Source: Bacteroidales bacterium (GTDB lineage: Bacteria > Bacteroidota > Bacteroidia > Bacteroidales > UBA3824). Taken from it: DNA of 51,188 nucleotides. A model generated the notes under the pieces. That model was not told the DNA's origin and made no database searches. It worked only from the letters and a program-made list of their open reading frames with translations. Below are positions 28,344 to 37,340 of the stretch, piece after piece. Where the stretch lies: positions 1 to 51,188 of the forward strand of contig JAGCRY010000182.1 in NCBI GenBank assembly GCA_017964465.1. The letters are read 5' to 3'. Position numbers and translations under genes: made by a program. How positions within the stretch are numbered: position 1 is the first letter of the stretch; each line of letters begins with the position of its first letter.

Positions 28344-30335
28344 ATGAAAGACAGTCAACAGACAGAAACACCCAGCCGCAAAAATAGGTCTTTGATGACC
28401 TCTTTGCTTGGTGTCACCATACCAATGGTGACGGTGATTGTCGTTGTGTTAAGTGCTTTCCTTTTCAGGTTGTTGCGTTCAAACACCTTTGAGACGACCA
28501 AGACGTCATGTAGTGAGCATGTGCTCACATGTTCAATGTCTATTTTTGCATGGTTGTATTCGACAGTTTTGCAATTGGGTGTGATTTCCGATGTGTGTGC
28601 GGGTCAGCAGTCCAATGATAGAGAATGTCGTGATATGCTCCGCTTGCTCATTAGGCGTGATAGCGTTGAGTATCGGTATGGTGGCTATGTAAATCTCAAA
28701 GGTGAGGTATTTGGCACTGATTCTTTGCCGTCCTTTATGCAGCATCATAAGAATGACGTGGATTTTGTGCTTAGACATGGAAGTCCATTTTATGTCACAT
28801 CGACTGTCCAGTCGGAGACTGACGCCAAGCGTGATGTCGTTTATGTTTTCGCTCCGCATAAGTCTAAAGGCGTGATTTGTGGTGCGTTCTTCGTTGCTAT
28901 AGATGCCGACATGATACAGAGGTTTTTCCTCGTGGGTCTAAAGGGCAACGGACTTGGCGAGGCGGTTCTGTATTCTAATGATGGTGATGTTGAAATGACC
29001 TCTGACTCTATTCGCAAGTCTCAAGTCAAGCCTTCAGAAGTTAATGTGGGCAAGACAATTGCAGGCAGAATTAATGACGAAATGTTGTTCGGCTCCGACA
29101 CTTTTGAGGATGAAGACGGTGAAAAAAGTCTTTATGTCTGGTCAAAAATCCAATATACGCCATGGTTCGTCGTAATGAATGTCAAATATGAAGAAATGGA
29201 CGCCATGCGCACTCAGATGCGTAATATTTATCTATTGACGGGCATCATTGTGTTCCTGATTGTTATGGTGTATGTCTATACAATTACCAAAATTGGCATC
29301 ATTAATCCACTTGTAAAACTTAAAAAGGTTGTCAGTGAGTTTGCGGCAGGCAGGATGTACAATGCCACAAAGCTTGACCGCACTGTCAACAGTGAAATTG
29401 GCGAGCTTTATGACGGCGTGGCGGACATGGCGCAAAAACTCGTGAAAACCACGGACACAATTCGCTCTCAGGCAGATGGAATTGTCGCTAACAGCCATGA
29501 ACTCAACACAACTGCTGAGCATATTCTCGAAAGCATGGGAGAACAGGCGTCCGCTGTCCAGGAGATTTCTACAACTATTGAACAGATGACTTCCTCTATA
29601 ACTGAGACTGCCGGAATCGCCGAAGGCACACGCAATGCTTCTGTAGCTATTGCCAATGACATTGGAAATGTCGCCAAGGCATCGGCACAGACTTTAGAAA
29701 GTACGAGGACTGTGATTGATAAAATAAAGGTTATCAATGAAATAGCAAAACGCACCGACCTCCTTGCCATCAATGCTGCTGTTGAAGCAGCACGCGCTGG
29801 CGACAACGGAAAGGGTTTTTCAACTGTTGCGACGGAAATAAAACAACTTGCCGAGAGGTCAAAAGCTGCTGCCGCCCTCATTGACGCTGCGTCGAACAGG
29901 ACGCTCCATGTCACGGAACAGTCCACAAGCATGATTGAACGGATTGCCCCGCGTATCCTTGATAATGCGCAAAAGGTTGCGGAGATTGCCGTGGCTTGTA
30001 CCGAACAGCGTAATGGCACGGAACAAATCAACCGCGCAATCCAGCAACTCGCCCATATTTCTGATGAAAACACTATGGAAGCCCGTATCCTGGCGACAAA
30101 AGCCGAGAGTTTTGTCAAGTATGCAAACGAGCTGACCTCCACGATGAAGTTTTTCAAGACTTCTGATGAAAGGGCGGAGCGTCTCCAATATATCACAGAA
30201 CTCATTGAGGCACGTGCTGACGAACTCGAAAGCCTACGCAAGGATCTCGAAGAATATGACCGACACCGCGCCGAAATCTCCAAAATCACAACAACAACTT
30301 CAACACACCTGAGCGATGAAAAAGATAATGCTTGA
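28344..30335 (+). CDS. Methyl-accepting chemotaxis protein 1 (TM-Cache-like-TM-HAMP-MA)
   Basis: Hairpin tip RTDLLAINAAVEAARAGDNGKGFSTVATEIKQLAERS. Promoter TATCTTTG at 28302-28309. Confidence 0.95.
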   Translation: MKDSQQTETPSRKNRSLMTSLLGVTIPMVTVIVVVLSAFLFRLLRSNTFETTKTSCSEHVLTCSMSIFAWLYSTVLQLGVISDVCAGQQSNDRECRDMLRLLIRRDSVEYRYGGYVNLKGEVFGTDSLPSFMQHHKNDVDFVLRHGSPFYVTSTVQSETDAKRDVVYVFAPHKSKGVICGAFFVAIDADMIQRFFLVGLKGNGLGEAVLYSNDGDVEMTSDSIRKSQVKPSEVNVGKTIAGRINDEMLFGSDTFEDEDGEKSLYVWSKIQYTPWFVVMNVKYEEMDAMRTQMRNIYLLTGIIVFLIVMVYVYTITKIGIINPLVKLKKVVSEFAAGRMYNATKLDRTVNSEIGELYDGVADMAQKLVKTTDTIRSQADGIVANSHELNTTAEHILESMGEQASAVQEISTTIEQMTSSITETAGIAEGTRNASVAIANDIGNVAKASAQTLESTRTVIDKIKVINEIAKRTDLLAINAAVEAARAGDNGKGFSTVATEIKQLAERSKAAAALIDAASNRTLHVTEQSTSMIERIAPRILDNAQKVAEIAVACTEQRNGTEQINRAIQQLAHISDENTMEARILATKAESFVKYANELTSTMKFFKTSDERAERLQYITELIEARADELESLRKDLEEYDRHRAEISKITTTTSTHLSDEKDNA

Positions 30336-32370
30336 AATATGGAAAAGATTAGGGTACGACAGCCGCACGGTGTGGGGAAAGTACATGAAACTCATCGTGC
30401 CATGCGTGATGGCAATCATCATAGTCATGGACGTTGTGATTTATGCCATTATTTCGAGTTATACAAGGGACACCTCAGAATACAATAGCCAAAGGACGGT
30501 TGAACTTCTTGCGGATGATATTTCCGAAGTCTTCCATCGTTACCTCGGCGACCTCAATATGATGAGGCATTATTATATTACGTGCCAATATGATACGGAT
30601 GATTTCATCGAGTTCGCCACAAGATTCACCGTCAACCATTACAACCAGTATTCATACATCAGGCTCATATTGCCAGATGGTAATTCCCACACTACGAGGA
30701 AAGGCCATGACCGATATAATGTTAAGGCTGGCCGTCCATACAAGCACCTCATTGTTGAGAACCGCGACATTTCAGTCAATATAGCGCATCCGTCGTCGTT
30801 TGTTGACAGCCTTGTATATAGCATATCCTTGCCAGTCCTTGCTGCAAATGATTCCGTCATTGCCATCATAGCTGCGGTATTCCCGGCGGAGGTCATTGAT
30901 AACAAGCTCAAGACGGCTGAAGCCTACGACAAGTCGGAGTTTTTGGCGTTGATTGATGAAGAAAATTATATCCGTGTATGCCGTGACAGTATCTATAACC
31001 TCAACATGGCTAAAGTCATGGAAATGGGATACAAAGATCTCGAACAGCGTGTTGAGTACAGCCGCAGGAGTGCAGTCTCGGGCAAGAAGACAAGTGGCTG
31101 TTGGACGTATCATAATAATGATGGGAGGGAAATCATGTTGCATTATTCCATGATACCCGACACACCGTGGTATGTTGCCCTCAGCATACCTCAGAATATC
31201 ATATCAAAGGATGTAACGTTGATTTTGTGGCTCTTACTCCTTACGTCGCTTATTGCCACGGTTGTGTTGCTCATTTGTATAAGGTATATCACGTCAAAGG
31301 TTGTGATTCGTCCTTTGGAGGCAATAAACAGATTTTCAGAGGATTTTGCACATGGCAAGCTTTATTCCACTGAAACCCGCAACATCAATTCCAAAGACGA
31401 ACTCGGAACCGTAAGGCACAACATTGAGAAAATGCAAGACCGTCTTATTTCGGTCGTGGGAGGCATACATGGCACTTCCAGCGAGTTGATGCAATGGAGC
31501 CGTGACGCCACAGAAGCCGTGCAGAACATTGACCGCGACGTTCAGGTTCAAAATATCGCCGTCGAAAATATTGCGTGTTCCGTGGAACAGGTCAACGCCT
31601 CTGTACGCCTCAATGCTGATGATGCTTCACGTACAAAGACTAATTCGGAGGACATTGCCAAGGTTATTGTTTCGCTTACCAAAGCCACTGACGACACATT
31701 CCATTTCATGCAGGATATTGTGCAGAAGGTAAAGTTCATTAATGAGATAACTTCACATACCGACCTTCTCGCCATCAATGCGTCCGTGGAGGCTTCACGT
31801 GCCGGCGAACATGGAAAGGGTTTTGCCGTGGTTGCCGCTGAAATACGTAAACTCTCGGAACACTGCCACCGTGCATCCACTGAAATCAACACGCTTTCCG
31901 AGGCGAGCCTTGCCGCAATGAGTGAGACTGTTACGCTCGTGGGAAACATTGCACCGAAAATCCGTGACAATGCGGAGATGGTTTCGCGTATCGCTGATGC
32001 TTGCAGCAAACAACTCAAGTTCACCGGCTCCATCACGGAAGCCATCAAGCAACTCACAGAAAGTTCCCAGAACAACTCAATCTCCGCCGACAAGATGACA
32101 ATATACGCCAACGGCCTTGTCTCAGACGTGGAAAAACTCAATAAACTCGTTGATTTTTTCAAGCTCGACATGGAGCTCGACAAGCAGAGAAGTCACATAG
32201 CCGCTGAAATAGAGGTATGTACGGCCGACATTCTGAGACTGAAAAGCAAATTGATTAGTTTGGTTGGCGAAGACGACAGTGAAATCCGCAGCATCGAGAC
32301 TAAAATCGACGAGGCGGTGCAAGCAGCCCGTGAAACGGCTGAAAATTATCATACAAGCCAAGACAGATGA
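30316..32370 (+). CDS. Methyl-accepting chemotaxis protein 2
   Basis: HTDLLAINASVEASRAGEHGKGFAVVAAEIRKLSE, two TM helices, HAMP. Overlaps the MCP1 stop (alternative start 30328). Confidence 0.95.
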   Translation: MKKIMLEIWKRLGYDSRTVWGKYMKLIVPCVMAIIIVMDVVIYAIISSYTRDTSEYNSQRTVELLADDISEVFHRYLGDLNMMRHYYITCQYDTDDFIEFATRFTVNHYNQYSYIRLILPDGNSHTTRKGHDRYNVKAGRPYKHLIVENRDISVNIAHPSSFVDSLVYSISLPVLAANDSVIAIIAAVFPAEVIDNKLKTAEAYDKSEFLALIDEENYIRVCRDSIYNLNMAKVMEMGYKDLEQRVEYSRRSAVSGKKTSGCWTYHNNDGREIMLHYSMIPDTPWYVALSIPQNIISKDVTLILWLLLLTSLIATVVLLICIRYITSKVVIRPLEAINRFSEDFAHGKLYSTETRNINSKDELGTVRHNIEKMQDRLISVVGGIHGTSSELMQWSRDATEAVQNIDRDVQVQNIAVENIACSVEQVNASVRLNADDASRTKTNSEDIAKVIVSLTKATDDTFHFMQDIVQKVKFINEITSHTDLLAINASVEASRAGEHGKGFAVVAAEIRKLSEHCHRASTEINTLSEASLAAMSETVTLVGNIAPKIRDNAEMVSRIADACSKQLKFTGSITEAIKQLTESSQNNSISADKMTIYANGLVSDVEKLNKLVDFFKLDMELDKQRSHIAAEIEVCTADILRLKSKLISLVGEDDSEIRSIETKIDEAVQAARETAENYHTSQDR

Positions 32371-34322
32371 ACAAAGCGACCGAATATATAGATAAGGTGT
32401 TCAATCTGAGCACAAACACAATATGGGGCAAGTACATTAAAAAACTCTTGCCTGGCGTCATTGTGCTGATACTTGCCATTGACATTTCAATGTACATTAA
32501 GGTGCGTAGCGACAATTTCGCCAATACTGACCGTATGGCGCGACAGAGTGTGCAGTTACAGTCTATATCAATAAACAAGATTTTGGAGAGTTATTATTCG
32601 GAACTTAACATCATCAGGATGCTTTATGTCGATTCTACGTCACTTGACGATTTCTTGTATAAGGCTAAGGATGTCATCACGGTCAGCAAAAAGCAATGGG
32701 AATACCTGCGCCTTACCCTGCCAAGCGGTCAATCTTACACTACACATGGTGGACTCGACCGCATGAACGGACGCAGGACGAGATATTATCGTGATATTTT
32801 TGAAAATCATGCCATCTATAATATCCAGAGACCTTTCAGAAGCCGTTTGGACAATTCTTCAGTATGGTGTTTGTCAGTCCCTGTGAAGGATAACAGAGAT
32901 TCTATAACAGCAATATTGAGTGCGGTTTTCCCGTCGCAGGAGATTGATTCGCTCATGTTCACCATAAAGGCAAACGGCGCAGGATACAGTACAATCAGTG
33001 ATAATGAGAGGATTTTCAGGATTTACGGGTCTGAGATAACTGAAAAAAGCATTCAGCAAATGGAGGAGGAAGGCTACACGGGTGTTGCTGATCTTGTGGA
33101 AAGAGGGTGGAAGACCAAAGACGCAGATCCCTTACAACAAGGGCAATATCACATGCCTGATGGCACAACTGTGCAGTGCTATATGTGTGTTGTAGGCAAT
33201 ACAAACCTCATCATCAGCCTTAATATTCCATTTACACAACTCAACCGTTCTACTTTGATTGTGGCGGTGTTGCTTGCCATTTCTGCCATTGTTACAGTGT
33301 TGTTTGTGCTGATGGTTGTGAAACATGTCACGAGGAAGGTGGTTCTTACGCCGCTTGTTGCCGCAAACAATTTTGTTGCTGACATTGCTGAAGGACGGTT
33401 GTATTCTGATGGCGCAGATTATATAAGTGAAGACGATGAGTTTGGTGCGCTCAGAGATACTGCCCAATCCATGCAGCAAAAGATTTTCGGCGCGGTACAG
33501 TCTATTCGTAAATACACAAAGGAAATTGCCACAGGCTCTGTTGCGCTTAATGATGCCGTGGGTATCATCACAGACGACACAAAGTCTAAGGCCGCCACGG
33601 TTGAGGACATTTCGGAATCATTGTCACAAATTACTGGCATAATCAGTGACAACACTGAACGCTCCAAGACTGCCAAAATCAACTCCGATGAAATCAGTAA
33701 CAGCATCAGAAGTGCAGCGAAAGAGTCTGCAGCCACTCTCGACAGTATCACAAATGTGCTTGCAAAGGTGCAAGTAATCAATGAGATAGCAACCCGTACT
33801 GACTTGCTCGCCATTAATGCCGCTGTGGAGGCAGCGCGGGCGGGTGAAAATGGTCAGGGGTTTGCCATCGTTGCTGGCGAAATACGGAATCTCGCTGAAC
33901 ACTGTCAGAATGTTGCGCTCGAAATCAATACACTTTCAGCCGAGAGCTTGAAGACCACGCGCAGTGCTGTAACGCTTATCGACAATATATCGCCCAGGAT
34001 GGCGGACAATGCAGATATGATTTCCAGGATTTCTGGTTCGTGTGCTCAACAACTCGACATGACTTTGGCGATAAGCAAGGCGGTAATGCAGTTTGTGGAC
34101 ACCATAAACAACAACCGACAGACTGCCGAAAACCTTAGCAACTATTCAGCAAGGCTTGATGCTTTGGTTAAACAACTCGATGTTTCAGTCGATTATTTTA
34201 AGTTAAGCCAGAAGGAAGACATGAGCCGTGAGGACATTGTGTCACAGATTGAGAGGAAGACTTCGGAACTTTTAGACCTTAAGGCGGAGTTGTTGAAAAC
34301 AATCGGCTTAACAAATTCTTAA
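32367..34322 (+). CDS. Methyl-accepting chemotaxis protein 3
   Basis: RTDLLAINAAVEAARAGENGQGFAIVAGEIRNLAE; ATGA overlap with MCP2. Confidence 0.95.
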   Translation: MNKATEYIDKVFNLSTNTIWGKYIKKLLPGVIVLILAIDISMYIKVRSDNFANTDRMARQSVQLQSISINKILESYYSELNIIRMLYVDSTSLDDFLYKAKDVITVSKKQWEYLRLTLPSGQSYTTHGGLDRMNGRRTRYYRDIFENHAIYNIQRPFRSRLDNSSVWCLSVPVKDNRDSITAILSAVFPSQEIDSLMFTIKANGAGYSTISDNERIFRIYGSEITEKSIQQMEEEGYTGVADLVERGWKTKDADPLQQGQYHMPDGTTVQCYMCVVGNTNLIISLNIPFTQLNRSTLIVAVLLAISAIVTVLFVLMVVKHVTRKVVLTPLVAANNFVADIAEGRLYSDGADYISEDDEFGALRDTAQSMQQKIFGAVQSIRKYTKEIATGSVALNDAVGIITDDTKSKAATVEDISESLSQITGIISDNTERSKTAKINSDEISNSIRSAAKESAATLDSITNVLAKVQVINEIATRTDLLAINAAVEAARAGENGQGFAIVAGEIRNLAEHCQNVALEINTLSAESLKTTRSAVTLIDNISPRMADNADMISRISGSCAQQLDMTLAISKAVMQFVDTINNNRQTAENLSNYSARLDALVKQLDVSVDYFKLSQKEDMSREDIVSQIERKTSELLDLKAELLKTIGLTNS

Positions 34323-34411
34323 CATTCACTCCCGTTTCATCCGTCCATTATCGCCGAATTTCCAGATAATTGTATAAAATACAGTCATTGTCTTTAACAT
34401 TGTTTTTTGCA

Positions 34412-34550
34412 TACCTTTGCGTTATTGTCGCTATAAATTAAAGATTACTTAATTGAAAAAATTATACGGAATCAAATATTCGGCGTAATTTTGCATCGTA
34501 ATCAGAAAGGAAATCTGATTGCAAGAGACAAACAAAAAGGTTCTTTGAAA
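34412..34550 (+). promoter_or_regulatory. Tandem -7 elements followed by a 5' hairpin and boxA-like motif
   Basis: TACCTTTG (34412-34419), TAATTTTG (34486-34493), hairpin gtaatcaga/tctgattgc (34498-34522), GTTCTTTGAAA (34540-34550). Confidence 0.55.
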
Positions 34551-34669
34551 ATCCGGAAATCAGTTTTGCGCAGGCTTACTCGTGATTCAGTAAATTTAAT
34601 TGGAACTCCCCAACGCACATAAGGAGTAGGATAGTGAACACAATATAAACCTTTAAAACACGTAGAATC

Positions 34670-35083
34670 ATGAAAAAGTTTTTTTACAACGCAGTTATGG
34701 CGGTAATGGTTGCCGCAGCAACATTGTTGAACACTGCAAGCGCAACGGCAGTCAATCCTATTGACACCGTGAAATCCGACAGCGCAAGCGCCGCTGCAAT
34801 CGCTCCCGAGACCGAAGACCTCGCTGAAAGCGAAGCAACACTCCCGCTTGAGCCTTGGATGATGGAAAACATCGACCTCCTCAACGAAGAGAACCTCAAC
34901 GCAGAAGGCTGGATGACTGAGAATGTCAACCTCCTCAACGAAGAGACAATCAACGTGGAAGGCTGGATGGCTGAGAATGTCAACCTCCTCAACGAAGAGA
35001 CAGTCAACGTAGAGGCATGGATGACAGAAGACGTCAACCTCCTAAACGAGGAAACACTCAAACTCGAATCTTGGATGTTCTAA
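34670..35083 (+). CDS. Secreted acidic protein with 18-aa ExWM tandem repeats
   Basis: Signal peptide MKKFFYNAVMAVMVAAATLLNTASA; five ExWM motifs at an exact 18-aa period. Confidence 0.85.
   Translation: MKKFFYNAVMAVMVAAATLLNTASATAVNPIDTVKSDSASAAAIAPETEDLAESEATLPLEPWMMENIDLLNEENLNAEGWMTENVNLLNEETINVEGWMAENVNLLNEETVNVEAWMTEDVNLLNEETLKLESWMF
34841..35080 (+). repeat. 54-bp coding tandem repeat (about 4.5 units)
   Basis: tggatg at 34856, 34910, 34964, 35018 and 35072. Confidence 0.92.
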
Positions 35084-35160
35084 TAGACATCTCAACATTC
35101 GCAATCTCTCATTCGAGTAGCCGCAAACACTAATTCACACGGAATTTTCATTATCATTTC

Positions 35161-35262
35161 TTATCAATAAACATCGAACCTTTTTATTGATGAAGTACAT
35201 TCGGTTTCCAATGTCCCTCTTGGAACCGGATGCGGTGGCGGAGAAGAAAACAGCCACTTTTT
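35161..35262 (+). terminator. Three consecutive hairpins ending in a T-run
   Basis: ttatcaataaa/tttattgatga; cattcggtttccaa/ttggaaccggatg; gtggc/gccac followed by ttttt. Confidence 0.6.
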
Positions 35263-37216
35263 AATTTTTCTTACTTTTTTTCATTTTCCCTGTATCAAGT
35301 ATTATCGTAAAGTCAGTCTTTTTGTGCTGTGTAGAGAAGTCATAATCGGTTAGCGTTATGTCAATGCGGGCTTCCGAGGATGTTTCCACAACTTTGACGG
35401 GCATTACGTATTTGGCGAGTCGCTCGTATTCAAAAGTAATTTCTTTGACAACCTTGCCGTCCTTGTCATAGGTAACAGACTTGGATTTCAAGCCCGATTC
35501 GGCGGAATAATAGTCGCTGTAGTGTTTGCCGAGCGCGTCGGTAACGTCGATGCGGTAATATCCTTTCTTGAACAGGTCGTAGTCGCAATAATGTTTGTAT
35601 CTTATGCCAAGTTCGTCATAATGAGCCTCTTGCGGGAATGACGCTTTTTGCTTTAATACGATGGCACGTGCGCTGTCGGGTTCAGTGAATCCGTATATCA
35701 TTGTGGAGTCCGCGCCTATTGCGCCGTCATATACTTCCTTGAAATGGAAGAGGCTTATCGTGTCGTCGCGGCGGATGTTGTTGTCCATGCGGTACATGTT
35801 TGGCGACTTGCGGAGTATGCGCCCGAAGGCTTTGTATTGCATTCCGTCTTCGAGAGTGTATAGCGACTGGAGGTTTACGGACATGTTTTTGGGCGGGTTG
35901 TTTAAGCCTGTCGCCTCCACGTATGCATTGAGTATAGTGTAGGCACCAAAACCTTTGGGAATACGCGCCACAAGGTTTTTCTTGCTGTCCATGAAGTCTA
36001 TCTGACGGTCTTTGGCTATGCGGTTGAGAGTGCAGAAGAGTGATCGGTGGCTGCCTTTCACAACGAATACGCAACTGCCGTTTTGGATGATGTTTTTGAG
36101 GTGTTGCTGCGCTTCGGCGGCTGTAACGGCGTTGATGGTGTTCTCGTAGTTTGTGAAATAGTTTTTGGGAAAGTTGTAGAGCACAATGTTGGATGCAATC
36201 TCGGCGGCGTAGTCGGGATGCTGGAGGCCTTGGCGGAATGCTTTTGAAAGGCGTTCTTTGGCAGATTGGAGGCTGGTGCTCACGTCATAATCCTCACTCC
36301 GGCGTTCAAAAAGTTGCGTCGCAAACTGTGGGAAATCGTTGTTTGAGCCGTCCATGTTGAGTGTGTTGACGTCATACTTGAAACTCGAAATTCTGTCGAT
36401 GCTCCGTGCCAACGAGTCATATAAAATGTGGTAAACAAGGTCGTTAACGACGTAGTTTTTGGGCGTTTTGTCGCATGGGTAATAGTCCATGAATGCCGCC
36501 TCAAATCCCGATGCTGTCGAATCTTCTTCCAAGGCGTACACAAAATCCTGAGGTTTGATATCGAGTGGTTCCGGTTTCACTTTGTCGCCGGAGCGTGGTG
36601 CATTTGCAAAATATTTTTCCACTAACGGCTTTACGAACTCCATGTCAGCGTCGGCAACGATGGTAATGAGGCATTTGTCGGGAGCAAAACATTTTTGACG
36701 GAAGTCCATATAGTCGCTCTTGTTGATTTTTGAGAGGTCATCGGCTGTGATGTATGGCTGTCCGATGATGTCGGAAGCAATGTAGTCGAGCGGATTGCCA
36801 TGTTCTTTGAGGTATTGGATGCGCTTTTTCTTGTAGTCGTCAAAGTTGACGTATGTGGGGTTATTGCCGTACATCACTTCGTGCATGAAGTTAAGGAGAG
36901 AATCGAGAGCCTTGTCATGGCTTATCATATTTTTTATCATCACCTGATTTGCGGCGAGTGTGCTGCCGGTCATTGCCGCCACGACTTGTTTGATGCCTTT
37001 GCGGGGCGATTCGGGCAGAGCCGATACGTCCGCGCTGAGTCTAACGTTGCAGTAGCGATATTGAGAAGTGGTCACCAACTGTATTCTGAAACCATTTGGC
37101 AGCGTGATAACTTGGCTGTTTTCAATGCATTGCAATACGTTGCTGATGTCCTGCGCGGCGAGCGGTGCCGTCAGTAGGAGCAATAGTGTGATTGTTATAT
37201 GAAATATTCTTGACAT
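35261..37216 (-). CDS. M16 (insulinase)-like protein, non-catalytic, with C-terminal beta-rich domain
   Basis: Signal peptide, ITLPNG, LITIVADAD, NYENTINAVTAAE; no HxxEH motif. Confidence 0.7.
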   Translation of the reverse strand: MSRIFHITITLLLLLTAPLAAQDISNVLQCIENSQVITLPNGFRIQLVTTSQYRYCNVRLSADVSALPESPRKGIKQVVAAMTGSTLAANQVMIKNMISHDKALDSLLNFMHEVMYGNNPTYVNFDDYKKKRIQYLKEHGNPLDYIASDIIGQPYITADDLSKINKSDYMDFRQKCFAPDKCLITIVADADMEFVKPLVEKYFANAPRSGDKVKPEPLDIKPQDFVYALEEDSTASGFEAAFMDYYPCDKTPKNYVVNDLVYHILYDSLARSIDRISSFKYDVNTLNMDGSNNDFPQFATQLFERRSEDYDVSTSLQSAKERLSKAFRQGLQHPDYAAEIASNIVLYNFPKNYFTNYENTINAVTAAEAQQHLKNIIQNGSCVFVVKGSHRSLFCTLNRIAKDRQIDFMDSKKNLVARIPKGFGAYTILNAYVEATGLNNPPKNMSVNLQSLYTLEDGMQYKAFGRILRKSPNMYRMDNNIRRDDTISLFHFKEVYDGAIGADSTMIYGFTEPDSARAIVLKQKASFPQEAHYDELGIRYKHYCDYDLFKKGYYRIDVTDALGKHYSDYYSAESGLKSKSVTYDKDGKVVKEITFEYERLAKYVMPVKVVETSSEARIDITLTDYDFSTQHKKTDFTIILDTGKMKKSKKN

Positions 37217-37263
37217 CGTAGTTCGTTTTGAGTGTTGGCGACAAAGTTAACAAAATTTCTATG

Positions 37264-37305
37264 AAAAAGGCCGCCACCGGTCAAAAAAATCTTCCGGCGA
37301 CAGCC
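37264..37305 (-). terminator. Intrinsic terminator after the beta-barrel gene
   Basis: Minus strand ggctgtcgccgg...ccggtggcggcc followed by ttttt (includes G-U pairs). Confidence 0.7.
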
Positions 37306-37340
37306 CCAAGTATATAAGTCGAGTTATAAAAAAGAGTTTT

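Noticed and set aside
34495-34669. Known riboswitch (cobalamin, TPP, SAM, c-di-GMP) or tRNA in the leader
   Set aside because: I could not find the consensus cores by eye; kept only as an unknown structured leader.
34841-35080. Possible CRISPR array
   Set aside because: Contiguous in-frame 54-bp coding repeats with codon-level variation; no unique spacers and no cas genes.
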